NCBI GenBank assembly: GCA_030390025.1
Contig: JASTWF010000352.1
Location: 434,001 to 498,000 of the forward strand
Origin: Squalus acanthias
Lineage: Eukaryota
DNA length: 64,000 bases
Direction: 5' to 3'
The notes under the pieces are model-generated. The model was not told the DNA's origin, made no database searches, and saw nothing but the letters and a program-made list of their open reading frames with translations. Position numbers and translations under genes: made by a program. Below are positions 49,001 through 63,483 of this stretch, piece after piece (position 1 is the first letter of the stretch; the number at the start of each line of letters is the position of its first letter).

Positions 49001-52000
49001 TGTATCTAACCCGTGCTGTACCTGCCCTGGGAGTGTTTGATGAGACAGTGTAGAGGGAGCTTTACTTTGTATCGAACCCGTGCTGTACCTGCCCTGGGAG
49101 TGTTTGATGGGACAGTGCAGAGGGAGCTTTACTCTGTATCTAACCCGTGCTGTACCTGCCCTGGGAGTGTTTGTTGGGACAGTATAGAGCGAGCTTTACT
49201 CTGTATCTAACCCGTGCTGTCCCTGCCCTGGGAGTGTTTGATGGGACAATGCAGAGAGAGCTTTACTCTGTATCTAACCCGTGCTGTACCTGCCCTGGGA
49301 GTGTTTGATGGGACAGTGTAGAGGGAGCTTTACTCTGTATCTAACCCGTGCTGTACCTGCCCTGCGAGTGTTTGATGGGACAGTGTAGAGGGAGCTTTAC
49401 TCTGTATCTAACCCGTGCTGTACCTGCCCAGGGAGTGTTTGATGGGACAGTGTAGAGGGAGCTTTACTCTGTATCTAACCCGTGCTGTACCTGCCCTGGA
49501 GTGTTTGATGGGACAGTGTAGAGGGAGCTTTACTCTGTATCTAACCCGTGCTGTACCTGCCCTGGAGTGTTTGATGGGACAGTGTAGAGGGAGCTTTACT
49601 CTGTATCTAACCCGTGCTGTACCTGCCCTGGGAGTGTTTGATGGGACAGTGTAGAGGGAGCTTTACTCTGTATCTAACCCGTGCTGTACCTGCCCTGGAG
49701 TGTTTGATGGGACAGTGTAGAGGGAGCTTTACTCTGTATCTAACCCGTGCTGTACCTGCCCTGGGAGTGTTTGATGGGACAGTGTAGAGGGAGCTTTACT
49801 CTGTATCTAACCTGTGCTGTACCTGCCCTGGGAGTGTTTGATGGGACAGTGTAGAGGGAGCTTTACTCTGTATCTAACCCGTGCTGTACCTGCCCTGGGA
49901 GTGTTTGATGGGACAGTGTAGAGGGAGCTTTACTCCGTATCTAACCCGTGCTGTACCTGCCTGGGAGTGTTTGATGGGACAGTGTGAAGGGAGCTTTACT
50001 CTGTATGTAACCCGTGCTGTACCTGCCTGGGAGTGTTTGATGGGACAGTGTGAAGGGAGCTTTACTCTGTATGTAACCCGCGATGTATCTTCCCTGGGAG
50101 TGTTTGATGGGACAGTGCAGAGGGAGCTTTACTTTGTATTTAACCCGTGCTGTACCTGCCCTGGGAGTGTTTGATGAGACAGTGTCGAGGGAGCTTTACT
50201 CTGTATCTGGCCCGTGCTGTACCTGCCCTTGGAATGTTTGATGGGACAGAAGAGAGGGAGCTTTACTCTGGAACTAACCCCTGCTGTACCTGCCCTGGGA
50301 GTGTTTGATGGGACAGTATAGAGTGAGCTTTGCTCTGTGTGTAACACGTGCTGTACCTCCCCTGGGAGTGTTTGATGGGACAGTGTAAAGGGAGCTTTGC
50401 TATGCATGTAACCTGTGCTGTACCTGCCCTGGGAGTGTTTGATGGGACAGTGTAGAGGGAGCTTTACTTTGGATCTAACCCGTGCTGTACCTGCCCTGAG
50501 AGTGATTGATGGGACAGTGTAGAGGGAGCTTTACTATGTATCGAACCCGTGCTGTACCTGCCCTGTGAGTGTTTGATGGGACAGTGCAGAGGGAGATTTA
50601 CTCGAAATCTAACCCATGCTGTACCTGCCCTGGCAGTGTTTGATGGGACTGTGTTGAGGGAGCTTTACTCCGTATCTAACCCGTGCTGTACCTGCCCAGG
50701 GAGTGTTTGATGGGATAGTTTAAAGGGAGCTTTACTCTGCATCTAACCCGTGCTGTACGTGCCCTCGAAGTGTTTGATGGGACAGTGTAGAGGGAGCTTT
50801 ACTCTGTATGTAACCCGTGCTGTACCTGCCCTGGGAGTGTTTGATGGGACAGTGTGAAGGGAGCTTTACTCTGTATGTAACCCGCGCTGTAGCTGCCCTG
50901 GGAGTGTTTGTTGGGACAGTATAGAGCGAGCTTTACTCGGTATCTAACCCGTGCTGTACCTGCCCTGGGAGTGTTTGATGGGACAGTGTAGAGGGAGCTT
51001 TACTCTGTATCTAACCCGTGCTGTACCTGCCCTCGGAGTGTTTGATGGGACAGTGTAGAGGGAGCTTTACTCTGTATCTAACCCGTGCTGTACCTGCCCT
51101 GGGAGTGTTTGATGGGACAGTGTAGAGGGAGCTTTACTCTGTATCTAACCCGTGCTGTACCTGCCCTGGGAGTGTTTGATGGGACAGTGTAGAGGGAGCT
51201 TTACTCTGTATCTAACCCGTGCTGTACCTGCCCTGGGAGTGTTTGATGGGACAGTGTAGAGGGAGCTTTACTCTGTATCTAACCCGTGCTGTACCTGCCC
51301 TGGGAGTGTTTGATGGGACAGTGTAGAGGGAGCTTTACTCTGTATCTAACCCGTGCTGTACCTGCCCTGGGAGTGTTTGATGGGACAGTGTAGAGGGAGC
51401 TTTACTCTGTATCTAACCCGTGCTGTACCTGCCCTGGGAGTGTTTGATGGGACAGTCTCGAGCGAGTTTTACTATGTATCTAACCCGTGCTGTACCTGCC
51501 CTGGGAGTGTTTGATGGGACAGTGTAAAGGGAGCTTTACTCTGCATGTAACCTGTGCTGTACCTGCCCTGGGAGTGTTTGATGGGACAGTGTAGAGGGAG
51601 CTTTACTCTGTCTCTAACCCGTGCTGTACCTGCCCTGGGAGTGTTTGATGGGACAGTGCAGAGGGAGATTTACGTGAATTTAACCCATGCTGTACCTGCC
51701 CTGGCAGTGTTTGATGGGACAGTGTTGAGGGAGCTTTACTCTGTCTCTAACCCGTGCTGTGCCTGCCCTGGGAGTGTTTGATGGGATAGTGTAGAGGGAG
51801 CTTTACTCTGTATCTAACCCGTGCTGTACCTGCCCTGGGAGTGTTTGATGGGATAGTGTAAAGTGAGCTTTACTCTGTATGTAACCGCGCTGTACCTTCC
51901 CTGGGAGTGTTTGATGGGACATTGCAGAGGGAGCTTTACTCTGTCTTTAACCCGTGCTGTACCTGCCCTGGGAGTGTTTGATGGGACAGTGTCAAGGGAG

Positions 52001-55000
52001 CTTTCCTCTGTATCTAACCCGTGCTGTACCTGCCCTGGGAGTGTTTGATGGGACAGTGTAGAGCGAGCTTTACTCTGTATCTAACCCGTGCTGTCCCTGC
52101 CCTGGGAGTGTTTGATGGGACAGTGTAGAGAGAGCTTTACTCTGTATCTAACCCGTGCTGTACCGCCCTGCGAGTGTTTGATGGGACAGTGTAGAGCGAG
52201 CTTTACTCTGTATCTAACCCGTGCTGTACCTGCCCTGGGAGTGTTTGATGGGACAGTGTAGAGGGAGCTTTACTCTGTATCTAACCCGTGCTGTACCTGC
52301 CCTGGGAGTGTTTGATGGGACAGTGCAGAGGGAGCTTTACTCTGTATCTAACCCGTGCTGTACCTGCCCTGGGAGTGTTTGATGGGACAGTGACGAGGGA
52401 GCTTTACTCTGTATCTAACCCGTGCTGTACCTGCCCTGGAGTGTTTGATGGGACAGTGTAGAGGGAGCTTTACTCTGTATCTAACCCGTGCTGTACCTGC
52501 CCTGGGAGTGTTTGATGGGACAGTGTAGAGGGAGCTTTACTCTGTATCTAACCCGTGCTGTACCTGCCCTGGGAGTGTTTGATGGGACAGTGTAGAGGGA
52601 GCTTTACTCTGTATCTAACCCGTGCTGTACCTGCCCTGGGAGTGTTTGATGGGACAGTGTAGAGGGAGCTTTACTCTGTATCTAACCCGTGCTGTACCTG
52701 CCCTGGGAGTGTTTGATGGGACAGTGTAGAGGGAGCTTTACTCTGTATCTAACCCGTGCTGTACCTGCCCTGGGAGTGTTTGATGGGACAGTGTAGAGGG
52801 AGCTTTACTCTGTATCTAACCCGTGCTGTACCTGCCCTGGGAGTGTTTGATGGGACAGTGTAGAGGGAGCTTTACTCTGTATCTAACCCGTGCTGTACCT
52901 GCCCTGGGAGTGTTTGATGGGACAGTGTAGAGGGAGCTTTACTCTGTATCTAACCCGTGCTGCACCTGCCCTGGGAGTGTTTGATGGGACAGTGTAGAGG
53001 GAGCTTTACTCTGTCTCTAACCCGTGCTGTACCTGCCCTGTGAGTGTTTGATGGGACAGTATAGACGGAGCTTTACGATGTATCTAACCCGTGCTGTACC
53101 TGCCCTGGGAGTGTTTGATGGGACAGTGTAAAGGGAGCTTTACTCTGTATGTAACCCGTGCTGTACCTGCCCTGGGAGTGTTTGATGGGACAGTGTAGAG
53201 GGAGCTTTACTCTGCATGTAACCCGTGCTGTACCTGCCCTGGGAGTGTTTGTTGGGACAGTATAGAGCGAGCTTTACTCTGTATCTAACCCGTGCTGTCC
53301 CTGCCCTGGGAGTGTTTGGTGGGACAATGCAGAGAGAGCTTTACTCTCTATCTAACCCGTGCGGTACCTGCCCTGGGAGTGTTTGATGGGATAGTATAGA
53401 GGGAGCTTTACTCTGCATCTAACCCGTGCTGTACCTGCCCTGCGAGTGTTTGATGGGACAGTGTAGAGGGAGCTTTACTCTGTATCTAACCCGTGCTGTA
53501 CCTGCCCTGGGAGTGTTTGATGGGACAGTGTAGAGGGAGCTTTACTCTGTATCTAACCCGTGCTGTACCTGCCCTGGGAGTGTTTGATGGGACAGTGTAG
53601 AGGGAGCTTTACTCTGTATCTAACCCGTGCTGTACCTGCCCTGGGAGTGTTTGATGGGACAGTGTAGAGGGAGCTTTACTCTGTATCTAACCCGTGCTGT
53701 ACCTGCCCTGGGAGTGTTTGATGGGACAGTGTAGAGGGAGCTTTACTCTGTATCTAACCCGTGCTGTACCTGCCCTGGGAGTGTTTGATGGGACAGTGTA
53801 GAGGGAGCTTTACTCTGTATCTAACCCGTGCTGTACCTGCCCTGGAGTGTTTGATGGGACAGTGTAGAGCGAGCTTTACTCTGTATCTAACCCGTGCTGT
53901 TCCTGTCCTGGAAGTGTTTGATGGGACAGCGTAGAGGGAGCTTTACTCCGTATCTAACCCGTGCTGTACGTGCCCTCGAAGTGTTTGATGGGACAGTGTA
54001 GAGGGAGCTTTACTCTGTATCTAACCCGTGCTGTACCTGCCCTGCGAGTGTTTGATGGGACAGTGTAGAGGGAACTTTACTCTGTATCTAACCCGTGCTG
54101 TACCTGCCCTCGGAGTGTTTGATGGGACAGTGCAGAGGGAGCTTTACTCTGTATTTAACCCGTGCTGTACCTGCCCTTGGAATGTTTGATGGGACAGAAG
54201 AGAGGGAGCTTTACTCTGGAACTAACCCCTGCTGTACCTGCCCTGGGAGTGATTGATGGGACAGTATAGAGCGAGCTTTGCACTTTATGTAACACGTGCT
54301 GTACCTCCCCTGGGAGTGTTTGATGGGATAATGTGGAGGGAGCTTTACTCTATATCTGATCGGTGCTGTACCAGCCCTGGGAGTGTTTGATGGGACAGTC
54401 TCGAGCGAGTTTTACTATGTATCTAACCCGTGCTGTACCTGCCCTGGGAGTGTTTGATGGGACAGTGTAGAGGGAGCTTTACTCTGTATCTAACCCGTGC
54501 TGTACCTGCCCTGGGAGTGTTTGATGGGACAGTGTAGAGGGAGCTTTACTCTGTATCTAACCCGTGCTGTACCTGCCCTGGGAGTGTTTGATGGGACAGT
54601 GTAGAGGGAGCTTTACTCTGTATCTAACCCGTGCTGTACCTGCCCTGGGAGTGTTTGATGGGACAGTGTAGAGGGAGCTTTACTCTGTATCTAACCCGTG
54701 CTGTACCTGCCCTGGGAGTGTTTGATGGGACAGTGTAGAGGGAGCTTTACTCTGTATCTAACCCGTGCTGTACCTGCCCTGGGAGTGTTTGATGGGACAG
54801 TGTAGAGGGAGCTTTACTCTGTATCTAACCCGTGCTGTACCTGCCCTGGGAGTGTTTGATGGGACAGTGTAGAGGGAGCTTTACTCTGTATCTAACCCGT
54901 GCTGTACCTGCCCTGGGAGTGTTTGATGGGACAGTGTAGAGGGAGCTTTACTCTGTATCTAACCCGTGCTGTACCTGCCCTGGGAGTGTTTGATGGGACA

Positions 55001-58000
55001 GTGACGAGGGAGCTTCACTCTGTATCTAACCCGTGCTGTACCTGCCCTGGGAGTGTTTGATGGGACAGTGTAGAGCGAGCTTTACTCTGTATCTAACCTG
55101 TGCTGTACCTGCCCTGGGAGTGTTTGATGGGATAGTGTAAAGGGAGCTTTACTCTGTATGTAACCTGTGCTGTACCTGCCCTGGGAGTGTTTGATGGGAC
55201 AGTGTAGAGGGAGCTTTACTCTGTATCTAACCCGTGCTGTTCCTGCCCTGGAAGTGTTTGATGGGACAGTCGTAGAGGGAGCTTTACTCTGTATCTAACC
55301 CGTACTGTACCTGCCCCGGGAGTGTTTGATGGGACAGTGCAGAGGGAGCTTTACTCTGTATCTAACCCGTGCTGTACCTGCCCTGGGAGTGTTTGATGGG
55401 ACAGTGCAGAGGGAGCTTTACTCTGTATCTAACCCGTGCTGTACCTGCCCTGGGAGTGTTTGATGGGATAGTGTAGAGGGAGCTTTACTCTGTATCTAAC
55501 CAGTGCTGTACCTGCCCTGGGAGTGTTTGATGGGACAGTGTAGAGGGAGCTTTACTCTGTATCTAACCCGTGCTGTACCTGCCCTGGGAGTGTTTGATGG
55601 GACAGTGTAGAGGGAGCTTTACTCTGTATCTAACCAGTGCTGTACCTGCCCTGGAGTGTTTGATGGGACAGTGTAGAGGGAGCTTTACTCTGTATCTAAC
55701 CCGTGCTGTACCTGCCCTGCGAGTGTTTGATGGGACAGTGTAGAGGGAGCTTTACTCTGTATCTAACCCGTGCTGTACCTGCCCTGGGAGTGTTTGATGG
55801 GACAGTGTAGAGGGAGCTTTACTCTGTCTCTAACCCGTGCTGTACCTGCCCTGGGAGTGTTTGATGGGACAGTGTAGAGGGAGCTTTACTCTGTATCTAA
55901 CCCGTGCTGTACCTGCCCTGGGAGTGTTTGATGGGACAGTGTAGACGGAGCTTTACTCTGTATCTAACCCGTGCTGTACCTGCCCTGGGAGTGTTTGATG
56001 GGACAGTGTAGAGGGAGCTTTACTCTGTATGTAACCCATGCTGTACCTGCCCTGGGAGTGTTTGATGGGACAGTGTGAAGGGAGCTTTACTCTGTATGTA
56101 ACCCGTGCTGTACCTTCCCTGGGAGTGTTTGATGGGACAGTGCAGAGGGAGCTTTACTCTGTATTTAACCCGTGCTGTACCTGCCCTGGGAGTGTTTGAT
56201 GAGACAGTGTCGAGGGAGCTTTACTCTGTATCTGACCCGTGCTGTACCTGCCCTGGGAGTGTTTGATGGGACAGAAGAGAGGGAGCTTTACTCTGGAACT
56301 AACCCCTGCTGTACCTGCCCTGGGAGTGTTTGATGGGACAGTATAGAGCGAGCTTTGCTCTGTATGTAACACGTGCTGTACCTCCCCTGGGAGTGTTTGA
56401 TGGGACAGTATAGACCGAGTTTTACGATGTATCGAATCCGTGCTGTACCTGCCCTGGGAGTGTTTGATGGGACAGTGTAGAGGGAGCTTTACTCTGTATC
56501 TAACCCGTGCTGTACCTGCCCTGGGAGTGTTTGATGGGACAGTGTAGAGGGAGCTTTACTCTGTATCTAATCGGTGCTGTACCAGCCCTGGGAGTGTTTG
56601 ATGGGACAGTCTCGAGCGAGTTTTACTATGTATCTAACCCGTGCTGTACCTGCCCTGGGAGTGTTTGGTGGGACAATGTACAGGGAGCTTTACTCTGTCT
56701 CTAACCCGTGCTGTGCCTGCCCTGGGAGTGTTTGATGGGACAGTGTTGAGGGAGCTTTACTCTGTATCTAACCCGTGCTGTACCTGCCCTGGGAGTGTTT
56801 GATGGGATAGTGTAAGAGGAGCTTTACTCTGGGTTTAACCCGTGCTGCACCTGCCCTGGGAGTGTTTGATGGGACAGTGTCGAGGGAGCTTTCCTCTGTA
56901 TCTAACCCGTGCTGTACCTGCCCTGGGAGTGTTTGTTGGGACAGTATAGAGCGAGCTTTACTCGGTATCTAACCCGTGCTGTCCCTGCCCTGGGAGTGTT
57001 TGGTGGGACAATGCAGAGAGAGCTTCACTCTCTATCTAACCCGTGCGGTACCTGCCCTGGGAGTATTTAATGGGATAGTATAGAGGTAGCTTTACTCTGC
57101 ATCTAACCCGTGCTGTACCCGCCCTGCGAGTGTTTGATGGGACAGTATAGAGCGAGCTTTACTCTGTATCTAACCCGTGCTGTACCTGCCCTGGGAGTGT
57201 TTGATGGGACAGTGTAGAGGGAGCTTAACCCCGTACTGTACCTTCCCTGGGAGTGTTTGATGGGACAGTGCAGAGGGAGCTTTACTCTGTCTTTAACCCG
57301 TGCTGTACCTGCCCTGGGAGTGTTTGATGGGACAGTGTCGAGGGAGCTTCACTCTGTATCTAACCCGTGCTGTTCCTGCCCTGGAAGTTTTTGAAGGGAC
57401 AGTGTAGAGGGAGCTTTACTCTGTATCTAACCCGTGCTATACCTGCCCTGACAGTGTTTGATGGGACAATGTAGAGGGAGCTTTACTCTGTATCTGACCC
57501 GTGCTGTACCTGTCCTGTGAGTGTTTGATGGGACAGTGTTGAGCGAGCTTTACTCTGTATCTAACCCGTGCTGTACCTGCCCTGGGAGTGTTTGATGAGA
57601 TAGTGTAGAGGGAGCTTTACTCTGTATGTAACCTGTGCTGTACCTGCCCTGGGAGTGTTTGATGGGATAGTGCAGAGGGAGCTTTACTCCGTATCTAACC
57701 CCGTACTGTACCTTCCCTGGGAGTGTTTGATGGGACAGTGCAGAGGCAGCTTTACTCTGTATCTAACCAATGCTGTACCTGCCCAGGGAGTGTTTGATGG
57801 GATAGTTTAAAGGGAGCTTTACTCTGCATCTAACCCGTGCTGTACGTGCCCTCGAAGTGTTTGATGGGATAGTGTTGAGGGAGCTTTGCTCTGTATTGAA
57901 CCTCTGCTGTACCTGCCCTGCGAGTGTTTGATGGGACAGTGTAGAGGGAGCTTTACTCTGTATCTAACCCGTGCTGTACCTGCCCTCGGAGTGTTTGATG

Positions 58001-61000
58001 GGACAGTATAGAGCGAGCTTTACTCTGTTTGTAACACGTGCTGTACCTCCACTGGGAGTGTTTGATGGGATAATGTAGAGGGAGTTTTATTCTGTATCTA
58101 ACCTGTGCTGTACCTGCCCTGTGAGTGTTTGATGGGATAGTGTAGAGGGAGCTTTACTCTGTCTCTAACCCGTGCTGTACCTGCCCTGTGAGTGTTTGAT
58201 GGGACAGTGTAGAGGGATCATTAATCCGTATCTAACCCGTGCTGTACCTGCCCTGGGAGTGTTTGATGGGAAAGTGCAGAGGGAGCTTTACTCGAAATCT
58301 AATCCATGCTGTACCTGCCCCAGGAGTGTTTGATGGGACAGTGTAGAGGGAGCTTTACTCTTTATCTAACCCGTGCTGTACCTGCCCTGTCAGTGTTTGA
58401 TGGGACAGTGTAGAGGGAGCTTTACTCTGTATCTAACCCGTGCTGTACCTGCCCTGGCAGTATTTGATGGGACAGTGTATAGGGAGCTTTGTGCTGTACC
58501 TGCCCTGGGAGTGTTTGATGCGACAGTATACAGCGATCTTTACTCTGTAGCTAACCCGTGCTGTACCTACCCTGGGAGTGTTTGGTGGGACCATGTACAG
58601 GGAGCTTTACTCCGTCTCTAGCCCGTGCTGTGCCTGCCCTGGGAGTGTTTGATGGGATCGTGTAAAGGGAGCTTTACTCTGTGTTTAACCCGTGCTACAC
58701 CTGCCCTGGGAGTGTTTGATGGGACAGTGTCGAGGGAGCTTTCCTCTGTATCTAACCCGTGCTGTACCTGCCCTGGGAGTGTTTGGTGGGACAATGCAGA
58801 GAGAGCTTTACTCTGTATCTAACCCGTGCGGTACCTGCCCTGGGAGTGTTTGATGGGATAGTGTAAAGGGAGCTTTACTCTGTATCTAACCTGTGCTGTA
58901 CCTGCCCTGGGAGTGTTTGATATGACAGTGTAGAGGGAGTTTTACGCTGTATCTAACCCGTGCTGTATCTGCCCTGTGAGTGTTTGATGGGACAGTACAG
59001 AGCGAGCTTTACTCTGTATGTAACCCGTGCTGTAACTACCCTGGGAGTGTTTGATGGGATAATGTAGAGGGAGTTTTATTTTGTATCTAACCTGTGCTGT
59101 ACCTGCCCTGTGAATGTTTGATGGGACAGTGTAGAGGGAGCTTTACTGTGTATCTAATCCGTGCTCTACCTGCCCTGGGAGTGTTTGATGGGACAGTGTA
59201 GTGGGAACTTTACTCTGTATCTAACCTGTGCTGTACCTGCCCTGTGAGTGTTTGATGGGATAGTGTAGAGGGAGCTTTACTCTGTCTCTAACCCGTGCTG
59301 TACCTGCCCTGTGAGTGTTTGATGGGACAGTGTAGAGGGATCATTAATCCGTATCTAACCCGTGCTGTACCTGCTCTGTGAGTGTTTGATGGGACAGTAT
59401 GGACCGAGTTTTACGATGTATCGAACCCGTGCTGTACCTGCCCTGGGAGTGTTTGATGGGACAGTGTAAAGGGAGCTTTACTCTGTATGTAACCCGTGCT
59501 GTACCTGCCCTGGGAGTGCTTGATGGGACAGTGCAGAGGGAGCTTTACTCTGTATTTAACCCGTGCTGTACCTGCCCTGGGAGTGTTTGATGAGACAGTG
59601 TCGAGGGAGCTTTACTCTGTATCTGGCCCGTGCTGTACCTGCCCTTGGAATGTTTGATGGGACAGAAGAGAGGGAGCTTTACTCTGGAACTAACCCCTGC
59701 TGTCCCTGCCCTGGGAGTGTTTGATGGGACAGTATAGAGCGAGCTTTACTCTGTATGTAACACGTGCTGTACCTCCCCTGGGAGTGTTTGATGGGATAAT
59801 GTGGAGGGAGCTTTACTCTGTATCTAATCGGTGCTGTCCCAGCCCTGGGAGTGTTTGATGGGACAGTCTCGAGCGAGTTTTACTATGTATCTTACCCGTG
59901 CTGTACCTGCCCTGGGAGTGTTTGATGGGACAGTGTAAAGGGAGCTTTACTCTGCATGTAACCTGTGCTGTACCTGCCCTGGGAGTGTTTGATGGGACAG
60001 TGTAGAGGGAGCTTTACTCTGGATCTAACCCGTGCTGTACCGACCCTGGGAGTGTTTGGTGGGACAATGTACAGGGAGCTTTACTCTGTCTCTAACCCGT
60101 GCTGTGCCTGCCCTGGGAGTGTTTGATGGGATAGTGTAAAGGGAGCTTTACTCTGTATCTAACCCGTGCTGTACCTGCCCTGGGAGTGTTTGATGGGATA
60201 GTGTAAAGTGAGTTTTACTCTGGCTTTAACCTGTGCTGTACCTGCCCTGGGAGTGTTTGATGGGACAGTGTCGAGGGAGCTTTCCTCTGTATCTAACCCG
60301 TGCTGTACCTGCCCTGGGAGTGTTTGTTGGGACAGTATAGAGCGAGCTTTACTCGGTATCTAACCCGTGCTGTCCCTGCCCTGGGAGTGTTTGGTGGGAC
60401 AATGCAGAGAGAGCTTTACTCTCTATCTAACCCGTGCGGTACCTGCCCTGGGAGTATTTAATGGGATAGTATAGAGGTAGCTTTACTCTGCATCTAACCC
60501 GTGCTGTACCCGCCCTGCGAGTGTTTGATGGGACAGTATAGAGCGAGCTTTACTCTGTATCTAACCCATGCTGTACCTGCCCTGGGAGTGTTTGATGGGA
60601 CAGTGTAGAGGGAGCTTAACCCCGTACTGTACCTTCCCTGGGAGTGTTTGATGGGACAGTGCAGAGGGAGCTTTACTCTGTATTTAACCCGTGCTGTACC
60701 TGCCCTGGGAGTGTTTGATGGGACAGTGTCGAGGGAGCTTCACTCTGTATCTAACCCGTGCTGTTCCTGCATTGGAAGTTTTTGAAGGGACAGTGTAGAG
60801 GGAGCTTTACTCTGTATCTAACCCGTGCTATACCTGCCCTGACAGTGTTTGATGGGACAATGTAGAGGGAGCTTTACTCTGTATCTGACCCGTGCTGTAC
60901 CTGTCCTGTGAGTGTTTGATGGGACAGTGTTGAGCGAGCTTTACTCTGTATCTAACCCGTGCTGTACCTGCCCTGGGAGTGTTTGATGAGATAGTGTAGA

Positions 61001-63472
61001 GGGAGCTTTACTCTGTATGTATCCTGTGCTGTACCTGCCCTGGGAGTGTTTGATGGGACAGTGCAGAGGGAGCTTTACTCAGTATCTAACCCGTGTTGTT
61101 CCTGTCCTGGAAGTGTTTGATGGGACAGCGTAGAGGGAGCTTTACTCCGTATCTAACCCCGTACTGTACCTTCCCCGGGAGTGTTTGATGGGACAGTGCA
61201 GAGGGAGCTTTACTCTGTATCTAACCCGTGCTGTACCTGCCCTGGGAGTGTTTGATGGGACAGTGCAGAGGGAGCTTTACTCTGTATCTAACCCGTGCTG
61301 TACCTGCCCTGGGAGTGTTTGATGGGATAGTGTAAAGGGAGCTTTACTCTGTATCTAACCAATGCTGTACCTGCCCAGGGAGTGTTTGATGGGACAGTGC
61401 AGAGGGAGCTTTACTCTGTATCTAAACCATGCTGTACGTGCCCTCGAAGTGTTTGATGGGACAGTGTAGAGGGAGCTTTACTCTGTATTTAACCTGTGCT
61501 GTACCTGCCCTGCGAGTGTTTGATGGGACAGTGTAGAGGGAACTTTACTCTGTATCTAACCCGTGCTGTACCTGCCCTCGGAGTGTTTGATGGGACAGTA
61601 TAGAGCGAGCTTTACTCTGTTTGTAACACGTGCTGTACCTCCACTGGGAGTGTTTGATGGGATAATGTAGAGGGAGTTTTATTCTGTATCTAACCTGTGC
61701 TGTACCTGCCCTGTGAGTGTTTGATGGGATAGTGTAGAGGGAGCTTTACTCTGTCTCTAACCCGTGCTGTACCTGCCCTGTGAGTGTTTGATGGGACAGT
61801 GTAGAGGGATCATTAATCCGTATCGAACCCGTGCTGTACCTGCCCTGTGAGTGTTTGATGGGACAGTGCAGAGGGAGATTTACTCGAAATCTAACCCATG
61901 CTGTACCTGCCCTGGCAGTGTTTGATGGGACAGTGTTGAGGGAGCTTTACTCTGTAGCTAACCCGTGCTGTAGCGACCCTGGGAGTGTTTGATGGGATAG
62001 TGTAAAGGGAGCTTTACTCTGTATCTAACCCGTGCTGTACCTGCCCTGGGAGTGTTTGATGGGATAGTGTAAAGTGAGTTTTACTCTGTATGTAAACCGC
62101 GCTGTACCTTCCCTGGGAGTGTTTGATGGGACAGTGCAGAGAGAGCTTTACTCTGTCTTTAACCCGTGCTGTACCTGCCCTGGGAGTGTTTGTTGGGACA
62201 GTATAGAGCGAGCTTTACTCGGTATCTAACCCGTGCTGTCCCTGCCCTGGGAGTGTTTGGTGGGACAATGCAGAGAGAGCTTTACTCTCTATCTAACCCG
62301 TGCGGTACCTGCCCTGGGAGTGTTTAATGGGATAGTATAGAGGTAGCTTTACTCTGCATCTAACCCGTGCTGTACCCGCCCTGCGAGTGTTTGATGGGAC
62401 AGTATAGAGCGAGCTTTACTCTGTATCTAACCCGTGCTGTACCTGCCCTGGGAGTGTTTGATGGGACAGTGTAGAGGGAGCTTTACTCCGTATCTAACCC
62501 CGTACTGTACCTTCCCTGGGAGTGTTTGATGGGACAGTGCAGAGGGAGCTTTACTCTGTATTTAACCCGTGCTGTACCTGCCCTGGGAGTGTTTGATGGG
62601 ACAGTGACGAGGGAGCTTCACTCCGTATCTAACCCGTGCTGTACCTGCCCTGGAAGTGTTTGAAGGGACAGTGTTGAGCGAGCTTTACTCTGTATCTAAC
62701 CTGTGCTGTACCTGCCCTGGGAGTGTTTGATGGGATAGTGTAAAGGGAGCTTTACTCTGTATGTAACCTGTGCTGTACCTGCCCTGGGAGTGTTTGATGG
62801 GACAGTGTAGAGGGAGCTTTACTCAGTATCTAACCCGTGTTGTTCCTGTCCTGGAAATGTTGGATGGGACATCGTAGAGGGAGCTTTACTCCGTATCTAA
62901 CCCCGTACTGTACCTTCCCCGGGAGTGTTTGATGGGACAGTGCAGAGGGAGCTTTACTCTGTATCTAACCCGTGCTGTACCTGCCCTGGGAGTGTTTGAT
63001 GGGACAGTGCAGAGGGAGCTTTACTCTGTATCTAACCCGTGCTGTACCTGCCCTGGGAGTGTTTGATGGGATAGTGTAAAGGGAGCTTTACTCTGTATCG
63101 AACCAATGCTGTACCTGCCCAGGGAGTGTTTGATGGGATAGTGTAAAGGGAGCTTTACTCTGCATCTAACCCGTGCTGTACGTGCCCTCGAAGTGTTTGA
63201 TGGGACAGTGCAGAGGGAGCTTTACTCTGTATCTAAACCATGCTGTACGTGCCCTCGAAGTGTTTGATGGGACAGTGTAGAGGGAGCTGTACCCTGTATT
63301 TAACCTGTGCTGTACCTGCCCTGCGAGTGTTTGATGGGACAGTGTAGAGGGAACTTTACACTGTATCTAACCCGTGCTGTACCTGCCCTGTGAGTGTTTG
63401 ATGGGACAGTATAGACCGAGTTTTACGATGTATCGAACCCGTGCTGTACCTGCCCTGGGAGTGTTTGATGGA
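37052..63472. repeat. Satellite B: ~26-kb tandem array of a 67-bp monomer
   Basis: GTGCTGTACCTGCCCTGGGAGTGTTTGATGGGACAGTGTAGAGGGAGCTTTACTCTGTATCTAACCC repeated with recurrent variants. Confidence 0.98.
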
Positions 63473-63483
63473 CAAAATTGAGA

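Noticed and set aside
38975..59590. Short ORFs in satellite B
   Set aside because: Chance read-through of variant 67-bp monomers
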